Of a stretch of 64,000 bases of DNA, positions 44,692 through 53,561 are shown piece by piece. The stretch is from a virus. The notes beneath the pieces are model-generated. The model saw only the letters and a program-made list of their open reading frames with translations. It was not told the origin of the DNA and did no database searches. The position numbers and the translations under genes are program-made. The DNA is taken from IMG/VR virus record IMGVR_UViG_3300034103_001442, positions 32,001-96,000 of that record, one strand, 5' to 3'. How positions within the stretch are numbered: position 1 is the stretch's first letter; each line of letters opens with the position of its first letter.

Positions 44692-47120
44692 CAGTCTGCT
44701 GTGTCGCCGAAACTTTTGTCGCGACCCTTGTTTTTGTACTTCATCGCAGCCCTCGCAATAGCAGCCATTCTTTGCTTTTGGTCAAGTGGCTTCTTTGCTA
44801 CTGGCTTTTCAACTTCTGTTGCAGCCTTCATGAAATGCTCATGAGATTTTGCAATCTTTTTTTGGTATACTTTCTTTTCATCAGGCTTCATTGCCATGTA
44901 TTTGCCAATAACCTTTTTGGCATGTCCTGGCTCAACAGGATGCTTTTGACCATCTTTGAATGTTACATGATATGGCTTTTCGGAGTCAGATGCCTTCTTT
45001 AATTGCATCATGATATGTTGATCTGGCTCATCCATAACAGCAGCATAGAATTTGGCACGTGCTACAGGATCCTTCGGTGGGCGACCACGACGACCTTCAT
45101 CCACCTGCTCGACTTCTTCCTTCTTCATAGGATTTGGCAACTTACGATAAATGTCAGCAACTTTCTTTGACCCTAATTTAGGATCTTTCATCACCTCACG
45201 ACCTGCAATCTTTGGTGACTGCATATCTTTCTTTACGCCTTGAATATAAGCATGAGCGCCAATTTGTCTGGTGGCATTATCTTTCTTGGCTTTATTTTCC
45301 ATATTACGTTCATCAAGTGTTTGATCACCAGTTGGCTCGTAACTGTCACCATGATACTTCATATCAGGCGGGTACACTTTTAGACCCATTGGAACTTCTT
45401 TTTCTGGTGGCTTTGGATTTTTTGCTGCATCAAATGCACGAATTTTCTTCAATGCTTTTGATTTATACCCTTGACGTTTTGCGAGTTTTTCAATAGCCTT
45501 ATCAGGATCTGCACTGCGTTTTGCATCAAGAACATCTTTGATCTTTACTTTGCTACGATCGCTTGCAACGTAATCCTTGAGTCTTTTAACACCCTTCTCA
45601 GTGTTTCCAATCTCATCAATTTGTTCGACTTCTTCGTTTGTCTTAGCGACTTGTTTTTTATCATATTCTTTGCGAGCCTGAGTCAGCATTTCCTCACCAC
45701 GCTTACGGCTGGCATCGCTTGATACTTTTTCTCTGTCAAATGCGCGTTGCAATTTGACGGCTGCACTCATACGTTTCGAGCCTTCATCCACTTGCTCGAC
45801 TTCTTCGCCCATCTGAACTAGACTTCTGCTCACGTCGCCGATTTTCTTTTTTGTTTTTGCTGTATCCAAACCGTATTTCTTTTGATGGGTGTGCATTGCA
45901 TTGAGATACTTTAAATGCGTGTTTAATTCTGTTTTGCTACCAACCATTGAACCTTTGTCCATAGATTGAATTTTTTGCATATCAGCGGCTTGGTCTTCGT
46001 TTACTGATTCGACTTCTTCTTTAAACTGATCAGTCTTGTATTTTTTAGCAAACTTCAAAAAATCACGCTTGATGTATTCGTGATCATCTTCATAGCCAGC
46101 AAGATGACGACCGTGAGTAGAGTCAAGATAGTGTTTGGCCATCGTTGAATTTGTGCCAGTCAAACTTCTGACTTTTGCGTGCATTTTAGAATACTTTTGA
46201 TCAGCATTATCTGAATGCTGACCGTGATAACCGTGACCAGGATTGCTTGTGACTGCTTCTTCGACTTGCTCAACTTCTTCTTTCTTCATAGCAGACAATG
46301 TACCTGCTTGTGGAGGCTTTTTCCACTGCTTCTTTGATTCAGCATCAACCTTCTTTTGAACTTCTTTTTGGCGAGCAGCGCGCATTGCTGAGGAAATAGC
46401 ATTGCGGCGTTTCTTGAGGTAGTTGTCAGAAGAGTCAACCTTTCCATCGTTGTTGACGTCTTTATCTTCTTTACCGACTGGGTCAAGTTTCTCCATGACC
46501 TTTTTGGCGGCTTCAACGACTGCAGGATTTGCTCCCAAATTTTTGTCTGCGACCATTTCTGTTTCCTCTGGATTAAATTCGTCATCAATAACTTTTACTT
46601 TACGTTCTGCTTTGGCAGCACGTGTGATGAATTGTTTCGTGTTGTCCACGTCAAAGTCACGTGGCTCCTGGGTATACTCTGTTGGCTTGCTTGTAAATGG
46701 GTTGCCCTCTGTTCCAGCATGTTTGAATAATTTTTCAACATGTGGTTGGAGGTAATTTATTTCACCCTCAAGTCCTAGTTTTGTTGCCAGGTACTGAATT
46801 TTAGACATATGATCTTTTGCATTTTCCAAATCAGTATCACTGACCTGTTTCTTAACCATCGCACCTTTTACAAGAGCAAACAACTTGTCATGGTGAATGG
46901 CGAGGTGTTCGGCATCAATGGCATTTGAATTTTTTGGAATGCCTTGCGAGAAAAGTTTTTGAGCCTCTGGAGAAATCTCAAAATGTTTTGATTTGTATGT
47001 ACCAACCGTGACTTGATCGTTTGGGTCATGCTCCATTGTGTCACGATCTTTAGTTACAGAAATTGCTCCTGTTTTGCCTTCGAGCATATCACGAATTTTA
47101 CTTTCTAAACTCTTGTACAT
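44691..47120 (-). CDS. Large Lys-rich modular protein with repeated EEVEQVDE linkers (putative capsid-internal polyprotein)
   Basis: Five EEVE(Q/S)(V/I)(D/E/N)E motifs; EF-hand-like DVNNDGKVDSSD; AT-hook-like GRRGRPPK; ATG at 47120. Confidence 0.75.
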   Translation of the reverse strand: MYKSLESKIRDMLEGKTGAISVTKDRDTMEHDPNDQVTVGTYKSKHFEISPEAQKLFSQGIPKNSNAIDAEHLAIHHDKLFALVKGAMVKKQVSDTDLENAKDHMSKIQYLATKLGLEGEINYLQPHVEKLFKHAGTEGNPFTSKPTEYTQEPRDFDVDNTKQFITRAAKAERKVKVIDDEFNPEETEMVADKNLGANPAVVEAAKKVMEKLDPVGKEDKDVNNDGKVDSSDNYLKKRRNAISSAMRAARQKEVQKKVDAESKKQWKKPPQAGTLSAMKKEEVEQVEEAVTSNPGHGYHGQHSDNADQKYSKMHAKVRSLTGTNSTMAKHYLDSTHGRHLAGYEDDHEYIKRDFLKFAKKYKTDQFKEEVESVNEDQAADMQKIQSMDKGSMVGSKTELNTHLKYLNAMHTHQKKYGLDTAKTKKKIGDVSRSLVQMGEEVEQVDEGSKRMSAAVKLQRAFDREKVSSDASRKRGEEMLTQARKEYDKKQVAKTNEEVEQIDEIGNTEKGVKRLKDYVASDRSKVKIKDVLDAKRSADPDKAIEKLAKRQGYKSKALKKIRAFDAAKNPKPPEKEVPMGLKVYPPDMKYHGDSYEPTGDQTLDERNMENKAKKDNATRQIGAHAYIQGVKKDMQSPKIAGREVMKDPKLGSKKVADIYRKLPNPMKKEEVEQVDEGRRGRPPKDPVARAKFYAAVMDEPDQHIMMQLKKASDSEKPYHVTFKDGQKHPVEPGHAKKVIGKYMAMKPDEKKVYQKKIAKSHEHFMKAATEVEKPVAKKPLDQKQRMAAIARAAMKYKNKGRDKSFGDTAD

Positions 47121-47566
47121 TATTCGTTTCCTGTTGAAATTGTAGCCTTGAGCATCCAACGGTGTTTTTGGTGAATGTCAATGCGCTCTTCCAAAAAGTT
47201 TACAATACCATTTTCGCCAAGTTCATCAGCGATATTGCGGGCGTTTTTTAAACTAGCCAAAAGCAAATTGTTATCAGTGTAAAGTTTCGTCACCATTCCA
47301 ATTGCAGAAGGGATCAAAGTTTCATCTTTAACTGATGACAGTTCGATAAATCTAGAAAATGATCCTGGTGAATATGAATCCAGTGCCCTAATATGCTCTG
47401 CGATTCCATCAACAGCAGTATCAACTTCTTCATATAGTTTACCAAACATTTCATGATATTGATGGAAATCTGGTCCCTCAACATTCCAATGGAAATATTG
47501 AGCCTTCAAACGGAAAGCAAAACTCTCCGCTAGAACTTTCTTCATTGCTTCAATCAATTGTTCCAT
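47120..47566 (-). CDS. dps: Dps/ferritin-like DNA protection protein
   Basis: K...FHWNVEGPDF..YH..F..LY, D..AEHIRAL, H.K..WML. Confidence 0.92.
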   Translation of the reverse strand: MEQLIEAMKKVLAESFAFRLKAQYFHWNVEGPDFHQYHEMFGKLYEEVDTAVDGIAEHIRALDSYSPGSFSRFIELSSVKDETLIPSAIGMVTKLYTDNNLLLASLKNARNIADELGENGIVNFLEERIDIHQKHRWMLKATISTGNE

Positions 47567-47567
47567 A

Positions 47568-47852
47568 TCAACTTTCTACCTTTGCTCCTGCACGCCACTG
47601 ACGGCAACTCCAATATCTAGGTGTTGTTCTATCTGTAGCAGTTGCGCACTTGTGGCGAGCACGGAATGAGGCGCGACGTTTTGGATCATCGCGTTTGATT
47701 TCCATATTTGGGTCACCAAAACGAACTGTTTTGACATTTCCAGTTGATTTGTCGCGAACCTTCACCATAAACTTTCTTGGACCGCCAGGAGTGCGCTGGA
47801 TTTTACCCAATGTTTCTTCATCCAAGTTTCTAAACTCTGTAAACTTAATCAT
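47568..47852 (-). CDS. Small basic conserved phage protein with capsid-targeting-like start
   Basis: MIKFTEFRNLDEE; KF.V.V.....NV..V.FGDP, RR.SF.ARH.C, YWSC..W. Confidence 0.75.
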   Translation of the reverse strand: MIKFTEFRNLDEETLGKIQRTPGGPRKFMVKVRDKSTGNVKTVRFGDPNMEIKRDDPKRRASFRARHKCATATDRTTPRYWSCRQWRAGAKVES

Positions 47853-50401
47853 TTGTCTACTTCCTGTTTATTGTTCATAAGGAAATCATGAACTGAATTG
47901 ATATAGTCTGCAGCCTTTGTAATCTTTGACTGAACCCAAGCATCGAGTTGTTTATCAGATGACATTTTAGATGAAATTGCTTGAGCCTTTTTGATCAAGC
48001 CCATCAACTCACTTTTTGCCATTGCGCCTTCGTCATCTGTGCCTTCGCTGATGAAGTTATCAAAACGATGCTTGATGATTGATTCCATTTGTAACAACTG
48101 GCTCAACTCTTCAACGCCAGGATAGTTTACAAAACCAGCCTTGATTTCAATTCCAGCATCGGCGGCAGTGATCATTTGGCCAATGCCAGCAGCACGGTCA
48201 AGCATGAAGGACTCATTCATTGTGAATGAATTGTTTTCTATTTCACCCTCATTTTCTTCTTTTGCGAATTTTTCTTTCTTTGTTATCGTGAGCATTTTTT
48301 TCAATGCGCCTGATCTTGCCAATCCAAGATTTTTAATTTGATTTTTCGAACCAATTCCTCCAGCGGCACGAGCAATTGTTGTATCGTGTTTTGATGCCAA
48401 AGCAGTTCCTGGTTTGAATTTTGCTTTTTGTGGTGTGCCAACTTTTATGATGCCACCTTTACTTAAGAAATTTTGCACGTCATTTTCCAAATCTGTTGTT
48501 GATGGCTTTTTTAAGACCTTTGTCATAGCACGACTTACTTCATCAATTTTTTCCACACTCACCAACATGCCATCTTTACCGACTTTGTATCCTTCTGGGA
48601 TTGGTTTGCACATTTTATCTTCAAAACAATAGTACTGACCAGGAGCGCATTCGGTTTTTGTTTCTTCTGAAACAGACTTCCAGCCACCACCCTTCGACTT
48701 GTACCATTTTGCAGCCCAACCGTTAGCATATGCTGATGGGTAAACATCAAACTTACTCTTTGCTAATGATTTTGCCTTTGACCATAGTTCTGGGTTTGTT
48801 GGTACGTTCTTTTCTTCAAGGTGTTCGACTTCTTCAGTTTTTACGAAAACTGGTTTGCCGCCTTTACCCTCGCGGTCAGCAACAGGGTCTTCCCTTCTTT
48901 TTCTTCTAGCAGCCTTTGCTCTATCTTCTTTATCCATTGCTCTGGCTTGAGCGAGTGGGAGGCACTTCGGCTTACCCTCACCCTCTTCACGAGCGCAGTC
49001 ACCTTTGATTTTACCCTTGGTGTCCATTCGAACCCACTTTTGATCAAACCACTTACGCAAATCTTCAGTGATTTGTTTTGATGCCCATGCGTCATCAATT
49101 GGGTTTGGATATGGGCGACCTGCTTCCTTTGCGCGAGCAGCAGCCTTTGCTTTTTGCTGTGGTGAGAGGTTCATTTCCTCTTCGATTTCTTTTTCAGGCT
49201 CTAACTTTTTCTTTTGCTTTGCTAGACGCTCTGTTTCTTTCTTTTCTGTATCAACGTCTTTCCAGTAGCCTTCAAACATTTCATTTGTCTTTTGGCATGG
49301 CGTGTCTTTTTTGTATTTCTTCACTAGTTTTGTTGTCCCTTCGTCACCAGCACCGCCAGCCTCATTTACTGGAACACAATTAGGAACCAGTTTACCATTT
49401 TTCTTTTTCATTCCCTTTTGGGTGTAACCATCCCAGCATTTTTCTCTAAGGTCTGAATCTAATTCATATGCCTTACCACCCGCAATGTAAGAATTTACTC
49501 GGGCAAATGCATATTGTTCTTGTGTTTGTTTTCCGTCCCAAGCCTCAAGCCCACGCTCAAAAATTGTTTTGAGTGTTTCTAACTCAACACCACTTTGCTC
49601 TGATTTCTTTTCGAGTGACTCATGAATTGGGTTGATTGGCGCAACCTTGTCAAGCATTTCGACAAGTGTTGACTTGAATGGATTTGTTTCTTCCAGTTCA
49701 TTAATCATTGTCTCAATGATATTGATAAGTGTTTCTGGGGTATACTCTTCAGCCATTTGCTGAATTGAAGTTTGATCTTCCTTATTCAGCAATTGTGAAA
49801 AAAGAGTTTCGAATTCTGCATTAAATGATTCGTGTTGTACAGCGGCTGGCACTTCACCCTTTAGAGCCAACTGTGGCTCTGAGTGCAGACTCTTCATTTG
49901 CTGACCCTTATAGAATGAACTCAAACGTTCGAATTCTTTACGGCGAATTTTTGGGAGCAAACGTGCTGCTAGACGTTTGATCAGTGCAGCCTTGCCCTCA
50001 AGTCTTTTATCAACTTGAATCTTTTGGGCAACGCTCAACTCGGCATATGGTTTGCCTTTGATTCCTGAAAAACGTTTTTTCAAAATCTCACGCGCTGCAC
50101 GTTCAGCACGGACTTGAAGTTTTTGTTTTGTTGCGGCTCTTTTCTTTGAAATTTCTCTTGCGCGCTCTAACTTCGACTCATAGCGTCTCATAATGCGAGC
50201 ACGCTTTTGTCTTTGCATAATCGTTAGGGCTTTACCCTCCTCGAGGGGAGGAGTTAGGTCTACGGCATCCTCTCGTTGTAATTTATCATTATCAATTTTT
50301 TGCTGAGGATTTGTGTCAATTTTATCTAATGGTTTCCCAGTTTTGGATCTGCCAGTAACTTTACCAACGCTGGTTTTCTTTTCTGTATCTTTATGGTTCA
50401 T
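47849..50401 (-). CDS. Large modular protein (putative capsid-internal polyprotein)
   Basis: Discrete modules (AFARVNS, CWDGY..G...K.VPNCV, LRKWF..KWV, PTNP.LW..YPSAYA, WVQSKIT.A.DY) separated by hydrophobic-x-E motifs; ATG at 50401. Confidence 0.75.
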   Translation of the reverse strand: MNHKDTEKKTSVGKVTGRSKTGKPLDKIDTNPQQKIDNDKLQREDAVDLTPPLEEGKALTIMQRQKRARIMRRYESKLERAREISKKRAATKQKLQVRAERAAREILKKRFSGIKGKPYAELSVAQKIQVDKRLEGKAALIKRLAARLLPKIRRKEFERLSSFYKGQQMKSLHSEPQLALKGEVPAAVQHESFNAEFETLFSQLLNKEDQTSIQQMAEEYTPETLINIIETMINELEETNPFKSTLVEMLDKVAPINPIHESLEKKSEQSGVELETLKTIFERGLEAWDGKQTQEQYAFARVNSYIAGGKAYELDSDLREKCWDGYTQKGMKKKNGKLVPNCVPVNEAGGAGDEGTTKLVKKYKKDTPCQKTNEMFEGYWKDVDTEKKETERLAKQKKKLEPEKEIEEEMNLSPQQKAKAAARAKEAGRPYPNPIDDAWASKQITEDLRKWFDQKWVRMDTKGKIKGDCAREEGEGKPKCLPLAQARAMDKEDRAKAARRKRREDPVADREGKGGKPVFVKTEEVEHLEEKNVPTNPELWSKAKSLAKSKFDVYPSAYANGWAAKWYKSKGGGWKSVSEETKTECAPGQYYCFEDKMCKPIPEGYKVGKDGMLVSVEKIDEVSRAMTKVLKKPSTTDLENDVQNFLSKGGIIKVGTPQKAKFKPGTALASKHDTTIARAAGGIGSKNQIKNLGLARSGALKKMLTITKKEKFAKEENEGEIENNSFTMNESFMLDRAAGIGQMITAADAGIEIKAGFVNYPGVEELSQLLQMESIIKHRFDNFISEGTDDEGAMAKSELMGLIKKAQAISSKMSSDKQLDAWVQSKITKAADYINSVHDFLMNNKQEVDK

Positions 50402-50467
50402 CAGAGTTTCCCTTGGGCTTATCTGGTACAACGAGCGGGATTGCCGTAGCCTAACCGCCTCTGTTTT

Positions 50468-50475
50468 ATTTATAA
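50468..50475 (-). promoter_or_regulatory. Late promoter
   Basis: TATAAATA on the minus strand. Confidence 0.8.
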
Positions 50476-50485
50476 AATGTTTTAC

Positions 50486-51790
50486 TTAACGTGTGATTTC
50501 TTCCCAGTCCATTGACGCTAGGACATCATCACCATTCGACGCACCTGTTGCTATGATTGAAATCGATTCTGGAGTTGAGGTTAAACTGTTTCTGGTAAGT
50601 TGGAATTTGAACAACGCTTCTTTCAAAATATCCAACGATTGTGATGCTTGGTTGGTAACTCCCAAATAACCGTTAGCCAACACTGAGTAGCCACTGATGC
50701 CTGTAGCAGAAAGGTCGTATTCAACCGCTGAATCTGAACCTGCAGATGTCCAATTCGGGCTGGTCAGGGTTCCACCTCTCGCGACTCTCCATTCAATTCT
50801 TGTGTTATTACCTAAACCGAGCAAAGATATGGCAGTCAAAATAACAATAGCATCAAGCCTGTCCGATTTCAACCTCAGTGAAACAACAGGAATAAATGTT
50901 CCAGCCGTTGGCATATCTTTTGGGGTTGTTATAGGTGTTCCTATTGAGGATTGAGCGCCTCTGAGTTCATAACCACCCTCACTGATCACACTACTACAAA
51001 TCTGTTTAAATACACTATTGGATCCAGTAGTGTTAGTATTTTTGATTTCTATTCTCAAAGGCAATGATGCTGTGGTGATGTAAGTGGATGCTAACACGTT
51101 AGCATGGTGAAATACATGACATTGGATAAAGACGCCATCGATGACGAATCCACACCTTACAGAGCCAACTCCAAGCCATTCAATATCAATAAACATGATT
51201 TGTGCTTTTGTTATGTCCAAAGTTTTTCTTGAAGGACCATTACCAAGCAAGTTGTCACAATTCCAGTTAGTTTGCGACACTCTAGTTTCTGTTGGTGATC
51301 CTGTAACCAAAGATCTTTCAACCAGATAAAGATTTGTGCCATCCAACTCTAAATAGATTCCATTATCTTTCCCGAAATATCCAGCACGTTGTCTCAAATT
51401 AGATTTTGCTGGATTAAAAACGAAAGTATTCAAAATTTGCAGTGATTTGCCAGGCTGGTAAGGGAAAACTTTATTTGTTTCTCTAATAATTTCTGCATTT
51501 GCTGTAGTGTCTAAATTTAAATTAATCAGACCTTCATTTGCCGAAAAAGAATATGTTGTTGTGGCTGTATTTGAAGTTGACCACAATCCATTATCTTTAT
51601 AACGGTGGCTAGAGTCGAACAATGTCAATGGCGTTGACATTCTTGCTCTACCAAACGCATCTACTGCTTGACCTGTGAAATTTGAGCCATTGATTGGGTT
51701 GCCGTAAATGTCGGCAAGCATCATCATCTCATAAAGATGAACATTATGCGGTTGTTTGAATTCGTAACTATCTGTACGCCACTGTGCCAT
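50486..51790 (-). CDS. Virion structural protein (beta-rich)
   Basis: DAFGR.R.S.P.TLFDS, YQPGKS, D.EWLGVG.VR.GF, C.SV.SEGG, WEE. Confidence 0.7.
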   Translation of the reverse strand: MAQWRTDSYEFKQPHNVHLYEMMMLADIYGNPINGSNFTGQAVDAFGRARMSTPLTLFDSSHRYKDNGLWSTSNTATTTYSFSANEGLINLNLDTTANAEIIRETNKVFPYQPGKSLQILNTFVFNPAKSNLRQRAGYFGKDNGIYLELDGTNLYLVERSLVTGSPTETRVSQTNWNCDNLLGNGPSRKTLDITKAQIMFIDIEWLGVGSVRCGFVIDGVFIQCHVFHHANVLASTYITTASLPLRIEIKNTNTTGSNSVFKQICSSVISEGGYELRGAQSSIGTPITTPKDMPTAGTFIPVVSLRLKSDRLDAIVILTAISLLGLGNNTRIEWRVARGGTLTSPNWTSAGSDSAVEYDLSATGISGYSVLANGYLGVTNQASQSLDILKEALFKFQLTRNSLTSTPESISIIATGASNGDDVLASMDWEEITR

Positions 51791-53508
51791 TACTTAACTC
51801 CCATGCCTGTGCGCACATCATTATACAATTCTTCTTTGTGCGCGTCTGACATTGTTGGTGGTGCCATTTTGAAGAATGCTTTTTTGTTTCCCGCTGCGGC
51901 GTGTTTACGCATCGCAGTTCCTGAGGCAGAGGTCAGCCCAGCCCCACCTTCTGCTCTTTCTTCACCTACTGGTTTGACTGTAATATTTTTGAAATTATAG
52001 TAGCCATGAGCAGACTCTTTACCGTTGTAATCGTTCAATAACTTTTTGAACGGCTCGACGCGGTCTGATCCAACATGAACTGTTAAATTTTCAACACCCT
52101 GTTTATGTAATGCTGCTGCATGGTGAAGAATTGTTGGTGCTGCTTTATCGGCAATTTTGATATTGGCTTTTGGAAATGCTCGTCTGGCATGCTTCAATTT
52201 TTGCTCGGGGGTCAATGGGTTTTTCTTATTGTCCTGAGTTGCCGTCAAAACGATTGTATGACCAGCGCCCTCTTTTTCAGCATCTTCGGTGACTTGATTA
52301 AATACTGCAGCATGACCAGCGTGAATTGGATTGACGCGACCGAGTGTAAGGTGGTGCGACTTGTTGCCCTTTTTAGCAGCAGCCAGTATTGCCCCACGTG
52401 CTCTATTTGCGGCGGTGAATTTTTTGACATTAACAACTTTTAATCCACGTGACACAAACCCCTCACCCTCTGATTCTTGCTCTCCGATTTTGTGGGTGTA
52501 ACCGCCATGTGCAGTTTTAGCCAGCCCAGATGCTAGTGAGTTGGTGGCATTTTGTACATGCTGATAGATTTGTAATGTTCTATCAAATGCCTTTCTATTT
52601 TTCTCAACGTGAGCGAGACTTGAGTCTTTTTCAGCAGCCTTTTGTAATTTTGATTTCTCAGTTTTTACTTTCTCAATACGTTTGCCATGATATTTTTCGA
52701 GAAACTTTTTATACCCATCAACACTTGCGGTTTCACCAGTGTCAATGGTTGAGTTTGTATATGCACGGAGTGTTTGCTCATGACCTGCCAAATGATCATA
52801 GGTGTGTTTTGCTAGTAGGTCAGCGGCTGCTTTGGTATGCGTTCTAACCTCTTTACGATCTTCTGGGTTCAACGCTTGCTCTTCAACACCTACAGTGTGA
52901 CGCATGACGTGAACATCTGGATGCTCTGAAAACTCTGAAGTGTTTGTGACTGGTGTTGCCTTTCTTTGCGGACCTTTCAGTTCACTATGAAGCACCACAC
53001 TGATTTTAGATTTTTTAAGTTTTTGCCCCTCTGGAGAGTTCAGAGGAACTGAATACGTTACAGTGTTGGGCGTGTGGCTGATTTTACCATTTCCCACAAC
53101 TCTTTTATCAGGAGTGCTGAGGTAACCACCCTGCCACTCGCCTTCTCTTTTTGGAATAACTTTTCCAATGTGTCTCAAAATGTGTTTGAGTGGCGCGGCG
53201 AGGTATGGCTTATGACCATGCTGGCGATCAACATCCTCTTCAGAGTAGTTGTACTGGGCTCCTGTTCCCTTGTACTTCACTCCAACTTTACCATTTTTAG
53301 AACGAACAACTTGGAACGACATACCATCATCTACTTTTGTAGAGGTATGAAACCTGCCAGTAGCAACACCGCGTATGGTGTTCAGCGCATGGTTGGCTGC
53401 ACTTTTGCCATCAAATGTTCTATGGGCTGGGTGCTCTATGTGAAGTATGCCGCCCTCATGTTTGACTTCTTCAGTCAGAAACTTTATGATCTTATCTAGA
53501 TTGAACAT
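51790..53508 (-). CDS. Two-domain protein: conserved N-terminal domain plus cytidylyltransferase-like (HxGH) nucleotidyltransferase
   Basis: N-terminal HIEH, K.DG, PNT.TY, EGFV; C-terminal GR.NP.HAGH, KNPL....K, VGSDRV, SGT.MR. Confidence 0.75.
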   Translation of the reverse strand: MFNLDKIIKFLTEEVKHEGGILHIEHPAHRTFDGKSAANHALNTIRGVATGRFHTSTKVDDGMSFQVVRSKNGKVGVKYKGTGAQYNYSEEDVDRQHGHKPYLAAPLKHILRHIGKVIPKREGEWQGGYLSTPDKRVVGNGKISHTPNTVTYSVPLNSPEGQKLKKSKISVVLHSELKGPQRKATPVTNTSEFSEHPDVHVMRHTVGVEEQALNPEDRKEVRTHTKAAADLLAKHTYDHLAGHEQTLRAYTNSTIDTGETASVDGYKKFLEKYHGKRIEKVKTEKSKLQKAAEKDSSLAHVEKNRKAFDRTLQIYQHVQNATNSLASGLAKTAHGGYTHKIGEQESEGEGFVSRGLKVVNVKKFTAANRARGAILAAAKKGNKSHHLTLGRVNPIHAGHAAVFNQVTEDAEKEGAGHTIVLTATQDNKKNPLTPEQKLKHARRAFPKANIKIADKAAPTILHHAAALHKQGVENLTVHVGSDRVEPFKKLLNDYNGKESAHGYYNFKNITVKPVGEERAEGGAGLTSASGTAMRKHAAAGNKKAFFKMAPPTMSDAHKEELYNDVRTGMGVK

Positions 53509-53532
53509 GCGCGAATCCTATAGGTTGTGATT

Positions 53533-53544
53533 TATTTATAAATA
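53533..53544. promoter_or_regulatory. Overlapping bidirectional late promoters
   Basis: TATTTATAAATA between divergent genes. Confidence 0.85.
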
Positions 53545-53561
53545 CACTGAAAAGGTGACGA

